Below, piece by piece: positions 9,362 to 17,805 of a stretch of DNA of 32,000 nucleotides. This DNA is from Pseudodesulfovibrio mercurii (GTDB lineage: Bacteria > Desulfobacterota > Desulfovibrionia > Desulfovibrionales > Desulfovibrionaceae). Numbering within the stretch: position 1 is the first letter of the stretch; each line of letters begins with the position of its first letter. The stretch lies in contig NC_016803.1 of the NCBI RefSeq assembly GCF_000189295.2, forward strand, positions 450,001 through 482,000. The letters are read 5' to 3'. The notes beneath the pieces are model-generated. The model made no database searches, was not told the origin of the DNA, and saw nothing but the letters and a program-made list of their open reading frames with translations. Position numbers and translations under genes: made by a program.

Positions 9362-9394
9362 TTGGACCAATTGGAGTAGTGGTTGGACCAATTG
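9362..9394 (+). promoter_or_regulatory. Two direct copies of TTGGACCAATTG spaced 21 bp start-to-start; candidate tandem operator upstream of ppsA
   Basis: Copies at 9362-9373 and 9383-9394 are identical 12-mers. Each contains the inverted repeat TTGG-a-CCAA, and the first also contains the palindrome CCAATTGG. They lie 160-190 nt upstream of the ppsA start, after the pyc terminator. Confidence 0.4.
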
Positions 9395-9553
9395 TTTCGT
9401 TGACGAAGCGGTTATGAACCCTGTAAGCGGAAATTCGAAACTCGGGTTTTGATTGTTCTTTTTTGATAAATCAAAATGGAAAGCGCCGTGATTTTAGGGT
9501 ATGGACAGGGTAGGAAAAACGTCCGGTCCCCACGGTCATACCAGGAGGAAACG

Positions 9554-12500
9554 ATGGCCAAAGCCAAGAATGACGCAACGGATACCGCACCGGCGGCCAA
9601 AGCCAAGAAAGTCGATGCCAAGGTGGAGGGGCTCAAGCAGAAGCTTGTCCTCAACGGTGCCGAGATCAAGAAGATCGGCGAGGACGCTGAGCTGCTGGTC
9701 GGCGGCAAGAACTACAACACGGCCATCATCAGCCAGGTGCCGGGCATCCGTGCCCCGGAATTCCGGGCCATCTCCTCGCACGCCTTCCACATCCTCTTAG
9801 ATGAGACCAAGGTCAACGCCGCCGTGGTCCGGGCCACCGTGGACAAGGAGTACAACAAGATCGACTGGTACTCCGACGCGGTCAACGAGGACTCCGACTA
9901 CCTCCAGAATTTCGTCCGCGACGTGGGCAAGAAGATCGGCGAGGAGTCCCGGAAGCAGTCCGGCACCCCCATCCGCCTGCGCACCTTCATCAACAACGTG
10001 GTCGAGGGCTTCGCCACCTCCCCCGAGGGCATCGACCAGCTGCGCATGCGTTCGGTCCTGGTCCAGTCGGCCATCCTGTCCGTGGACATGCCCGAAGAGG
10101 TCGGCAAGGAAGTCAAGGCCGCCTATCAATCCATCTGCAAGGAGGCCGGGCTGGACGACGTGCCGGTGGCCGTTCGCTCCTCGGCCGCGGGCGAGGACAG
10201 CCGCAAGAAGGCCTTCGCCGGGCTCCAGGACACCTACCTTAATATCATCGGCGCGGACGAGTGCCTCGAGGCCTACCATTGGGACTGCGCCTCGGCCTAC
10301 AACCTGCGCTCCATGACCTACCGCCGCGAAGCCATCCTCGACGCCATCACCAAGGCCGAGAAGACCGGCGACGACACCATCGCCGAGACCGCCAAGAAGG
10401 AGTGGGCCATTGAGCACACCTCCCTGTCCGTGTGCATCATGCGGATGATCAATCCGGTCATCTCGGGCACGGCCTTCAGCGCGGACACGGCCACGGGCTG
10501 CCGGGGCACCGACCGCAACGACCTCGTGTCCATCGACGCCAGCTACGGCCTCGGCGAGGCGGTTGTCGGCGGCATGGTCACCCCGGACAAGTTCTACGTG
10601 TTCCAGCGTGAGGGCGGCCGCGAGGTGGTCATCCGCTACATGGGCTGCAAGGAGAAGAAGATCGTCTACAAGGAGGACGGCAGCGGCACCCACGTGGTCA
10701 AGGTCGCCGACAACGAGGTCTTCCGCTGGGCCCTGTCCATCGCCCAGGCCGAGACCGTGGCCCAGGGCGTGCGCAACATCTCCAGGGCCTACGGCGGCAT
10801 GATCATGGACACCGAGTTCTGCATCGACAAGACCGACCGCCTGTGGTTCGTCCAGGCCCGGCCCGAGACCCGCTGGAACGAGGACTTCGAACTTCATCCG
10901 CACACCATCTTCATGCGCCGCCTCGAGGTGGACAAGAAGGCCGTGGAAACGGCCGAGGTCATCCTGGAGGGCAACGGCGCGTCCCGTGGCGCGGGGCAGG
11001 GTACGGTCAAGTACCTGCGTTCCGCCCTGGAACTGAACAAGATCAGCAAGGGCGACATCCTGGCCGCCGAGCGCACCGACCCGGACATGGTTCCCGGCAT
11101 GCGCATCGCCTCGGCCATCCTGGCCGACGTGGGCGGCGACACCAGCCACGCGGCCATCACCTCGCGCGAGCTGGGCATCCCGGCCATCATCGGCATCCAG
11201 CGCATCGAGGCCCTGCGCTCCATGGACGGCCAGCAGGTCACCGTGGACGGCTCCCGTGGCAAGGTCTACCGGGGCGAACTGCCCCTGGTGGAGGTCGGCG
11301 GCGAGATCAACGTGGACAAGCTGCCCGCCACCAAGACCAAGGTCGGCCTGATCCTGGCCGACGTGGGCCAGGCCCTGTTCCTGTCCCGCCTGCGCAACGT
11401 GCCCGACTTCGAGGTCGGCCTGCTGCGCGCCGAGTTCATGCTCGGCAACATCGGCGTCCATCCCATGGCGCTGGAGGCCTACGACAAGGACGTCCTCAAC
11501 GACCTGGTGGAGGAAAAGCTCCAGGAGATGGATCACCATCTGACCAAGGTCATGAAGGAGCAGCTGGATTCCGGCCTGATCACCATGCCGCTGAAGCTGC
11601 GCGAATACGTCGGCCTGATCACCGGCCTGACCCGCCAGATGGAGTCCCTGGCCGAGCAGGAGGGCGCCCGCAGCACGGACGAGGTCCTCGCCATGCACCG
11701 CCGCCTGCGCGAGATGGACCGCAAGCTCGACGAGCACATCGCCCACGCCACCGAGCGTCTGGACGTGCTCAAGACCTCCATCGACCCCGAGGCCCACGTG
11801 GCCGTGGTCCTGGGCTACCACGACATGCTCGAACCCACCCCCCTGGCCCGCACCGAGGCCTGGAAGGTCCGCCAGCAGCATGAGAAGGTCGTGGGCGAGT
11901 ACGTGGCCCGCCTCAAGGAGGACCCGGAGTTCGAGGCCTACCTCGACAAGATCACCCGGCTGCGCGAGGAAGTGGCCCTCAAGATGGGCCTGAAGTCCGA
12001 GATGGACGAGGTGGCGACCCTGCCCGACCGCATCCGCCGGCTCCTCGAATCGCGCGGCTACACCACCGGCAAGGAGAACTACATCCAGACCCTGTCCCAG
12101 GGACTGGCCCTGTTCGCCATGGCCTTCTACGGCTCGAACATCGTCTACCGGACCACGGACTTCAAGTCCAACGAGTACCGCAACCTCCTGGGCGGCTCCC
12201 TGTTCGAGGCCCACGAGGACAACCCCATGATCGGCTACCGGGGCGTCTCCCGAAACATCCATGACTGGGAGCTCGAAGCCTTCAAGCTGGCCCGGGGCAT
12301 CTACGGCGGCCACAACCTGTCGATCATGTTCCCGTTCGTGCGCACCCTGGAAGAGGCCCGCTCCATGAAGCGCTACCTCAAGCAGGTGCACAACCTGGAA
12401 TCCGGCAAGGACGGGCTCAAGGTCATCCTCATGGCCGAGATCCCGAGCAACGCCATCCTGTGCAAGGAGTTCCTCAAGGAAGTGGACGGGTTCTCCATCG

Positions 12501-13144
12501 GGTCCAACGACATGACCCAGATGGTCCTGGCCACGGACCGCGACAACGCCAGCCTCCAGCACATCTACGACGAGGAGGACCCGGCGGTGGTCTGGGCCAT
12601 CCTGTCCGCCATCTTCGCGGGCCAGAAGGCCTGCAAGAAGGTCGGCTTCTGCGGCCAGGGCGTGTCCAACTCCGTGATCCTGCGCGGCCTGGTGGCCATC
12701 GCGGGCATCGTCTCCGCCTCGGTGGTGCCCGACACCTACCACCAGACCAAGCTGGACATGGCCGCGATCGAGTCCGAGAACATCAAGACCAGCGAGCTCG
12801 GGGCCTGGCTCAAGAAGCAGCACATGGTCAAGCTCCAGGACCTCCTGGAGGCCAACAGCTACGGTCACATCCTCAAGAAGTACAAGTCCCCCGAGGACTT
12901 CATGGAATGGTACGAAGGCGAGCTCGACCGCTTCAGCGAACAGCTCCGCGACCACATGGAGACCCCCAAGGAGGAGTTCTACCGCCAGGAGATGGAGCAG
13001 TTCCGTTCGGTCTTCCACAAGCCGGTCATCTACGCCAGCTGGGATTGGCACCACACCGTGGAGGACGCCATGCACCACGCCGGTTTCAAGACCTTCGAGG
13101 AGCAGGAGGCGGCGCTGGAAGTGCAGCGCAAGAAGCAGTGGTAG
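9554..13144 (+). CDS. ppsA: Phosphoenolpyruvate synthase / pyruvate,water dikinase family, long form (1196 aa)
   Basis: N-terminal PPDK_N-type ATP-grasp (VAVRSSAAGEDS..., TEFCIDKTDRLWFVQARPET). Phosphohistidine swivel motif GGDTSHAAITSRELGIPAIIG. C-terminal PEP-utilising TIM barrel (YRTTDFKSNEYRNLLGG, MIGYRGVSR, GFSIGSNDMTQMVLATDRDN). Start at the ATG at 9554 with AGGAGGA 5 nt upstream. The track start at 9476 is an upstream extension. Confidence 0.9.
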   Translation: MAKAKNDATDTAPAAKAKKVDAKVEGLKQKLVLNGAEIKKIGEDAELLVGGKNYNTAIISQVPGIRAPEFRAISSHAFHILLDETKVNAAVVRATVDKEYNKIDWYSDAVNEDSDYLQNFVRDVGKKIGEESRKQSGTPIRLRTFINNVVEGFATSPEGIDQLRMRSVLVQSAILSVDMPEEVGKEVKAAYQSICKEAGLDDVPVAVRSSAAGEDSRKKAFAGLQDTYLNIIGADECLEAYHWDCASAYNLRSMTYRREAILDAITKAEKTGDDTIAETAKKEWAIEHTSLSVCIMRMINPVISGTAFSADTATGCRGTDRNDLVSIDASYGLGEAVVGGMVTPDKFYVFQREGGREVVIRYMGCKEKKIVYKEDGSGTHVVKVADNEVFRWALSIAQAETVAQGVRNISRAYGGMIMDTEFCIDKTDRLWFVQARPETRWNEDFELHPHTIFMRRLEVDKKAVETAEVILEGNGASRGAGQGTVKYLRSALELNKISKGDILAAERTDPDMVPGMRIASAILADVGGDTSHAAITSRELGIPAIIGIQRIEALRSMDGQQVTVDGSRGKVYRGELPLVEVGGEINVDKLPATKTKVGLILADVGQALFLSRLRNVPDFEVGLLRAEFMLGNIGVHPMALEAYDKDVLNDLVEEKLQEMDHHLTKVMKEQLDSGLITMPLKLREYVGLITGLTRQMESLAEQEGARSTDEVLAMHRRLREMDRKLDEHIAHATERLDVLKTSIDPEAHVAVVLGYHDMLEPTPLARTEAWKVRQQHEKVVGEYVARLKEDPEFEAYLDKITRLREEVALKMGLKSEMDEVATLPDRIRRLLESRGYTTGKENYIQTLSQGLALFAMAFYGSNIVYRTTDFKSNEYRNLLGGSLFEAHEDNPMIGYRGVSRNIHDWELEAFKLARGIYGGHNLSIMFPFVRTLEEARSMKRYLKQVHNLESGKDGLKVILMAEIPSNAILCKEFLKEVDGFSIGSNDMTQMVLATDRDNASLQHIYDEEDPAVVWAILSAIFAGQKACKKVGFCGQGVSNSVILRGLVAIAGIVSASVVPDTYHQTKLDMAAIESENIKTSELGAWLKKQHMVKLQDLLEANSYGHILKKYKSPEDFMEWYEGELDRFSEQLRDHMETPKEEFYRQEMEQFRSVFHKPVIYASWDWHHTVEDAMHHAGFKTFEEQEAALEVQRKKQW

Positions 13145-13167
13145 CCCCCGCTTCATGACGAAAAAAG

Positions 13168-13203
13168 AAGGCCCCGACCATTCTGGTCGGGGCCTTTTCG
13201 TTT
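13168..13203. terminator. Bidirectional rho-independent terminator between convergent ppsA and the flaG operon
   Basis: 13-bp stem AAGGCCCCGACCA / TGGTCGGGGCCTT with a 3-nt loop. T-run on the + side (TTTTCGTTT) and A-run (AAAAAA) on the other side, which gives a U-run for the minus transcript. Confidence 0.85.
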
Positions 13204-13217
13204 GCGTAAAACGGGGT

Positions 13218-13517
13218 TCAGGCGATCTTGTCGGCGATGGTCCCGATGCCGGTGTCGGCAGCGGCCTGGTGCACGGCCTGCTGGATGTCGATGTCCGTGC
13301 CGGAGGAGGAGAAGTCCGTGCCCGCCCCGAGGTAGTCCTGGGTCCGGGAGGCGACCTCCAGCCCGGCCACGGCCTGTTCGCGGTTGTCCAGGCCGCCCGC
13401 CGTATTGATGCCCGAGGCGATCTCGTCGTTGTAGTCCCTGACGGACTCCGGGCCGAAGAGCTGGTTGCCCAGGCTCATGCCCTGCACCGTGTCCGTGGAA
13501 ATGCTGATGTCCGACAT
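13218..13517 (-). CDS. Small acidic Gly/Ser/Thr/Asp-rich protein (99 aa) of unknown function, directly downstream of flaG
   Basis: ATG at 13517 with AAGGAG 6 nt upstream. Sequence: MSDISISTDTVQGMSLGNQLFGPESVRDYNDEIASGINTAGGLDNREQAVAGLEVASRTQDYLGAGTDFSSSGTDIDIQQAVHQAAADTGIGTIADKIA. No hydrophobic core or TM segment. The track's 147-aa version has an implausible Arg/Pro/Gly-rich extension. Confidence 0.6.
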   Translation of the reverse strand: MSDISISTDTVQGMSLGNQLFGPESVRDYNDEIASGINTAGGLDNREQAVAGLEVASRTQDYLGAGTDFSSSGTDIDIQQAVHQAAADTGIGTIADKIA

Positions 13518-13665
13518 GGGCGCCTCCTTGTTCGGGCGGTCTACTCCTCGACTATGCCCAAGCTCCAGCGCCTTGGCAAGCCCGTGAGAGCGGGGCGCGC
13601 CAACGCCAAAGACGCCCCCTGGCACAGGGCCGGGGCGCGCTCCATGGCTGCGTGGGGACAACGGC

Positions 13666-14055
13666 CTAGGACACGCGGTCCAGGAACCCCTGTCCGAGAC
13701 TCTTCAGGGACTTGGTCAGCTTGATCAGTTCGTCGTCCGGAATCTTGCGGATGGTCTTCCCGTCGGAATCGACGATCTCCACCTGAATCGTGTCGTTGTT
13801 CTCCAGGATGTTGAACTTCAGCTTGACGTTGTTGGCCTCAAGGTGTTCCTCGGCCTCGCCGATCAAGGTTTCCAGTTCTTCCCGGGTCGGACTGTCGGAC
13901 TGCCTGTCCGCCCCTGCCTTGCTCTGCGCCGTGACCGCGTCGTCGCGCCGGGACAGGCCGTCCTGGGAGGACGACCTCTGCACGGCCGTGGCCGGAACAA
14001 CGCTCTCCGAGCGCAGCTCTTGCTTCATGTCGATGTTCATCTCGGGGATATTCAT
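13666..14055 (-). CDS. flaG: FlaG-family flagellar protein
   Basis: C-terminal LKFNILENNDTIQVEIVDSDGKTIRKIPDDELIKL matches the FlaG signature (xVxVxDxxTGExIRQIPxEE). ATG at 14055 with GGAGGGAG upstream. Confidence 0.8.
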   Translation of the reverse strand: MNIPEMNIDMKQELRSESVVPATAVQRSSSQDGLSRRDDAVTAQSKAGADRQSDSPTREELETLIGEAEEHLEANNVKLKFNILENNDTIQVEIVDSDGKTIRKIPDDELIKLTKSLKSLGQGFLDRVS

Positions 14056-14112
14056 GGTCTCCCTCCCTGGTGTTGCACGAATCATCCCAACCTAATATGC
14101 CTCTTACGTTCA

Positions 14113-14139
14113 GTATCGGCATGTTCTTCGTTATCTTTA
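14113..14139 (-). promoter_or_regulatory. Sigma-28 (FliA) promoter for flaG
   Basis: The minus strand reads TAAA-N15-GCCGATAC, against the consensus TAAA-N15-GCCGATAA. It lies about 58 nt upstream of the flaG ATG. Confidence 0.7.
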
Positions 14140-14179
14140 GGGGCAGACAATATTTGATGCCACGTATTGCGCGGACAGC

Positions 14180-14225
14180 CAAAAAGGTGATAATTATTGA
14201 CGATAAGTAGATAATTCCATACGAT
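14180..14225 (+). promoter_or_regulatory. Candidate promoter(s) for the fapA-motAB operon
   Basis: Two overlapping readings. Sigma-28-like: CAAA-N15-GACGATAA (14180-14206). Sigma-70-like: TTGACG-N17-TACGAT (14197-14225). Both are 105-150 nt upstream of the 14331 start. Confidence 0.35.
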
Positions 14226-14330
14226 CCCCATGTTTTCGACAGGCTTGTAACAGGCTGGTACGCCTGCGGCTTTTCGGGATATCGCCGCCGGTGGACGACC
14301 GGTTTTCCCAGCCAATCATCCAGAGGGGCA

Positions 14331-15449
14331 ATGCCGTTTTTCCTGAAACATTACTTCAACCCTGACTGGGATCCGGCCAAGCTCAAGCCGGAGGAGCAGG
14401 CTGACGGCAGCGTGGACCATCACGAACGCCAGTTCGTCACCAACGTGGCCGCCGGGGACCTCATCGCCGAGTGGATTCCGGTGGAAGATGCCGGGGCGGA
14501 CCTGGACGAACGGTTCGTGTCCGAGGAAAAGTCCTTTCCGGCGGGCACGGGCACGGGCATCAAGCGGGACTCCCCGGACAAGCTCTTCGCGGCCGTGGAC
14601 GGCTACGTCTGCTACAAGGAGGGCCGCATCCTGGTCCGCAACCCCCTGACGGTCCACTCGGATATCGACTACCACACCGGCAACGTGGACTTCGTGGGGA
14701 ACGTGGTGGTCGAGGGGTCCGTGCGCAGCGGCTTCACCATCGAGGCCGGGGACGTGCGGGTCAACGACCAGGTGGAAGGGGCGACCATCAAGGCCCGGGG
14801 CAGCCTGGACTGCCGAGGCGGCGTCAAGGGCGGCAAGGAGGCGCTGCTCAAGGCCGGCAAGGACATGAAGCTGGCCTTTTGCGAGTATGCGACCCTGCTG
14901 TCCGGCGGCGACATCATGATCAAGGGCGCGCTGATGCACAGCGACGTCTACGCGGGCAAGCGGCTGGCCGTGGGCGGGCGGCTCACGGGCGGCACGGTCT
15001 GCGCCTACAACTACATCTACGTGGGCGGGCAGCTCGGCGGGGGCATGGACACGGACACCTCCCTGATCCTGGGCTACAAGCCGTCCCTGCTCTATGCGGA
15101 CCAGCGGTACAACGTGCGCATCAAGGCGCTGCACGAGGACATCGCCTCCTACGAGAAGACCCTGAACCGGGGCGAGGAATTTCGGGCCGAGTACGAGCCG
15201 CGGCTGGAGTCGGCCCGCAGGGAGCTGGAACTGCTCAAGAACATGAAGGTCAAGCTGTGGGACGGCATCTACGCCACCGAACGGCTTGACGAATGCCGGG
15301 TCCTGGTGCCCGGCGTGGTCAAGCCGGGCGTGGAAATCTGCATCGGTTCGGCGTACTACAAGGTGGATGATTTTTTGGAAGACGTCTTCTTCTACCATGA
15401 GAACGGTGAAGTCAGAATCGGCGCTTCATCCGGAAAGAGCAAGAAATAG
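14331..15449 (+). CDS. FapA/DUF342-family protein (flagellar assembly protein A-like, beta-helix repeats)
   Basis: 372 aa with repeated G-x-V/I beta-helix turns (GNVDFVGNVVVEGSVRSGFTIEAGDVRVNDQVEGATIKARGSLDCRGGVKGG...GGDIMIKGALMHSDVYAGKRLAVGG) followed by a C-terminal coiled segment. Sits immediately upstream of motA. Confidence 0.7.
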   Translation: MPFFLKHYFNPDWDPAKLKPEEQADGSVDHHERQFVTNVAAGDLIAEWIPVEDAGADLDERFVSEEKSFPAGTGTGIKRDSPDKLFAAVDGYVCYKEGRILVRNPLTVHSDIDYHTGNVDFVGNVVVEGSVRSGFTIEAGDVRVNDQVEGATIKARGSLDCRGGVKGGKEALLKAGKDMKLAFCEYATLLSGGDIMIKGALMHSDVYAGKRLAVGGRLTGGTVCAYNYIYVGGQLGGGMDTDTSLILGYKPSLLYADQRYNVRIKALHEDIASYEKTLNRGEEFRAEYEPRLESARRELELLKNMKVKLWDGIYATERLDECRVLVPGVVKPGVEICIGSAYYKVDDFLEDVFFYHENGEVRIGASSGKSKK

Positions 15450-15452
15450 CAT

Positions 15453-16205
15453 ATGGATATCGCAACTCTCATCGGTCTGGCGGGTGCCTTCGGTCTGGTC
15501 ATCACGACCATCTTCATGGGCGGCAACGCGGCGGGGTTCATCGACATTCCCTCGGTGGTGGTTGTCATCGGCGGCACCTTCGCCGTCACCTTCGTCATGT
15601 TCCCCATGGGCGTGGTCATCAACGCCTTCAAGGTCGGCATGAAGACCCTCATGTTCAAGTCCTCGGACCCCCAGGACATCATCAGGCTGATCACCTCCCT
15701 GGCCGACACGGCCCGCAAGGAGAGCCTGGTCGCCCTGGAAAAGGTCAACATCGAGGACCAGTTCCTCAAGAAGGGCGTGATGCTGGTCGTGGACGGCTCC
15801 AGCGAGGGGCTGGTCCGCTCGGTCATGGAGATCGAGCTGGAGTTCATGAAGCAGCGCCACCGCCAGGGACAGGCCGTGTTCAAGGGCATGGGCACCATGG
15901 CCCCGGCCTTCGGCATGATCGGCACCCTCATCGGCCTGGTCAACATGCTCTCCAACCTGTCGGACCCGTCGTCCATCGGCCCGGCCATGGCCGTGGCCCT
16001 GCTGACCACCTTCTACGGGGCCATCATGGCCAACGTCATGTTCCTGCCCATGGCCACCAAGCTGGAGGAGCGGTCCGCCGAGGACGTCCTGTTCATGCAG
16101 ATCATGATCGAGGGCGTCTCCTCGCTGCAACGCGGGGACCATCCGTCGGTGGTCAAGGAAAAGCTCCAGGCCTTCCTGTCCCCGGCCCTGCGCGAAGCGA
16201 CCTAG
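15453..16205 (+). CDS. motA: Flagellar stator protein MotA/PomA
   Basis: 250 aa with four hydrophobic segments and the conserved C-terminal channel region MAPAFGMIGTLIGLVNML...GPAMAVALLTTFYGAIMANVMFLPMATKL. Confidence 0.9.
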   Translation: MDIATLIGLAGAFGLVITTIFMGGNAAGFIDIPSVVVVIGGTFAVTFVMFPMGVVINAFKVGMKTLMFKSSDPQDIIRLITSLADTARKESLVALEKVNIEDQFLKKGVMLVVDGSSEGLVRSVMEIELEFMKQRHRQGQAVFKGMGTMAPAFGMIGTLIGLVNMLSNLSDPSSIGPAMAVALLTTFYGAIMANVMFLPMATKLEERSAEDVLFMQIMIEGVSSLQRGDHPSVVKEKLQAFLSPALREAT

Positions 16206-16226
16206 TCCCCGGCACCCGGAGATACC

Positions 16227-16991
16227 ATGGCCAAGGTCGAAGAAGTCATACGCAGAAAGCCGCCGGAGGACCCGCCGGGCGACGAGGGGCTGCCGCCGTG
16301 GATGGCGACCTTCGCCGACATGGTCACGCTGTTGTTGTGTTTTTTCGTGCTCCTGCTGTCCTTTGCCCAGCAGAGCGAGGAGAAGTTCCGCGACGCGCTC
16401 GGCTCGCTCAAGGGCGCCTTCGGCGTGAAGGAGGTCCGCGCGGTCTCCGACGAGATGGCCCAGTTCAACACCAGTTCCGAGGCGACCAAGGAGATGGCCT
16501 CGTCCATCTCCCACGACCAGCGGCTGCTCCTGTCCGTGGTCATGCGCATCAAGTCCATGGTCGAGAACCTGGACAACAAGCTGAAGGAGGGGGCCGGGGT
16601 CAACGCGGACCGCGACGGGGTGGTCTTCCGGACCAGTTCGGCCGCGCTGTTCCAGCCGTTCACCGCCGAACTCAGGCCCGATGCGACGCAGATCCTGGAC
16701 GGGGTCATCAAGGTCCTCAAGGACTACAAGCTGAACCTTGTGGTCCGGGGACACACGGACGACCGGCCCATCCATACGGCCAAGTACCCGTCCAACTGGG
16801 AGCTGTCCGCGGCGCGGGCCGCCGTGGCCCTGGACTACATCGTCAACAAGGGCGGCATTGAGATCAACCGGGCCAAGGCCGTGGGTTACGCCGACACCCG
16901 GCCCGAGGTGCCCAACGACACCGAGGCGGACCGGCTGAGGAATCAGCGGGTGGAATTTTACATACACATGCCCCAGCGGGACGCGTGGTAG
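16227..16991 (+). CDS. motB: Flagellar stator protein MotB (OmpA-like C-terminal peptidoglycan-binding domain), copy 1
   Basis: PPWMATFADMVTLLLCFFVLLLSF TM segment with the conserved Asp. C-terminal OmpA-like region: VVRGHTDDRPI...SNWELSAARAAVALDYIV...GYADTRP...NQRVEF. Confidence 0.9.
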   Translation: MAKVEEVIRRKPPEDPPGDEGLPPWMATFADMVTLLLCFFVLLLSFAQQSEEKFRDALGSLKGAFGVKEVRAVSDEMAQFNTSSEATKEMASSISHDQRLLLSVVMRIKSMVENLDNKLKEGAGVNADRDGVVFRTSSAALFQPFTAELRPDATQILDGVIKVLKDYKLNLVVRGHTDDRPIHTAKYPSNWELSAARAAVALDYIVNKGGIEINRAKAVGYADTRPEVPNDTEADRLRNQRVEFYIHMPQRDAW

Positions 16992-16995
16992 AAAC

Positions 16996-17748
16996 ATGGC
17001 CGACCAGGAAGCATTGGAACAGCAGGGCGGGGGACCCAAGTCCGATCCACCCAAGCCCGACGAGGGGATTCCGCCGTGGATGGCCACCTTCGCCGACATG
17101 GTCACGCTTCTGTTGTGCTTTTTCGTCCTGCTCCTGTCCTTCACCAACCAGGACGTGACCAACTTCCGCAAACTCATGGGCTCCATCCAGGAGGCCCTCG
17201 GCGTGCAGTACGAGGATCGCTCGGCCCAGTCCGTGCCCTATGCGGACACGACCTTCAAGGAGCGGCAGAGCGTCCGTGAAAATCGGCAGATCGTCGAGCT
17301 CGGGGTGATCCTCAAGAAGGCCATCCGGTCCAAGGACCTGACCCACATGGCCAAGGTCAGCTCGGACAAGTCCGGGGTCATGCTCCGCCTGAGCAGCCAG
17401 TTGCTCTTCGACAAGGGGTCCGTGGAACTGACCGCCGAGGCCAAGCAGGCCCTGCAGATGGTCATCGACTCCATGAAGCAGACGGACTTCAACCTGGTCA
17501 TCCGGGGCCACACCGACGGCGAGACGCCCGAGTCCGTCCAATACGGCTCCAACTGGTCCCTGTCCGCGGCCCGCGCGGCCAGCTGCCTGCGCTACATCAT
17601 CGAGCACTCGGACATCCCGGCCACGCGCATGAAGGCCGTGGGCTACGGGGGCTCCAAGCCGCTCCTGCCCGGCACCTCCGAGGAAAACCGCCAGGCCAAC
17701 CGCCGGGTGGAGTTCTTCTACATGCCGCCGGGCCGCTCCAAGTGGTAG
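16996..17748 (+). CDS. motB: Second MotB paralogue (OmpA-like C-terminal domain), copy 2
   Basis: Same 24-aa TM segment, PPWMATFADMVTLLLCFFVLLLSF. C-terminal region: VIRGHTDGETP...SNWSLSAARAASCLRYII...GYGGSKP...NRRVEF. Outside the TM segment and OmpA core it has diverged from copy 1. Confidence 0.9.
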   Translation: MADQEALEQQGGGPKSDPPKPDEGIPPWMATFADMVTLLLCFFVLLLSFTNQDVTNFRKLMGSIQEALGVQYEDRSAQSVPYADTTFKERQSVRENRQIVELGVILKKAIRSKDLTHMAKVSSDKSGVMLRLSSQLLFDKGSVELTAEAKQALQMVIDSMKQTDFNLVIRGHTDGETPESVQYGSNWSLSAARAASCLRYIIEHSDIPATRMKAVGYGGSKPLLPGTSEENRQANRRVEFFYMPPGRSKW

Positions 17749-17774
17749 CAGCTCCGCTTTTCGGCAACGCATAA

Positions 17775-17805
17775 GGCCCCGGCGAACCGTCGCCGGGGCC
17801 TTTTT
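17775..17805 (+). terminator. Rho-independent terminator after the mot operon
   Basis: GGCCCCGGCG / CGCCGGGGCC 10-bp stem with a 6-nt loop, followed by TTTTT. Confidence 0.85.

Noticed and set aside
9463-9474. TTGAT-aa-ATCAA inverted repeat upstream of ppsA, reminiscent of an FNR/CRP box
   Set aside because: The spacer is 2 nt rather than the 4 nt of the TTGAT-N4-ATCAA consensus, so it does not fit FNR/CRP geometry. It remains an unexplained small palindrome.
9797-13156. 1119-aa minus-strand ORF antisense to ppsA
   Set aside because: Same reasoning: antisense shadow of a gene with strong family motifs on the + strand.
14316-17772. Long minus-strand ORFs (14316..15398, 15426..17186, 16864..17772) antisense to fapA/motA/motB/motB
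   Set aside because: Low-complexity translations. The + strand frames carry the DUF342, MotA and MotB/OmpA signatures, RBSs and a terminator.
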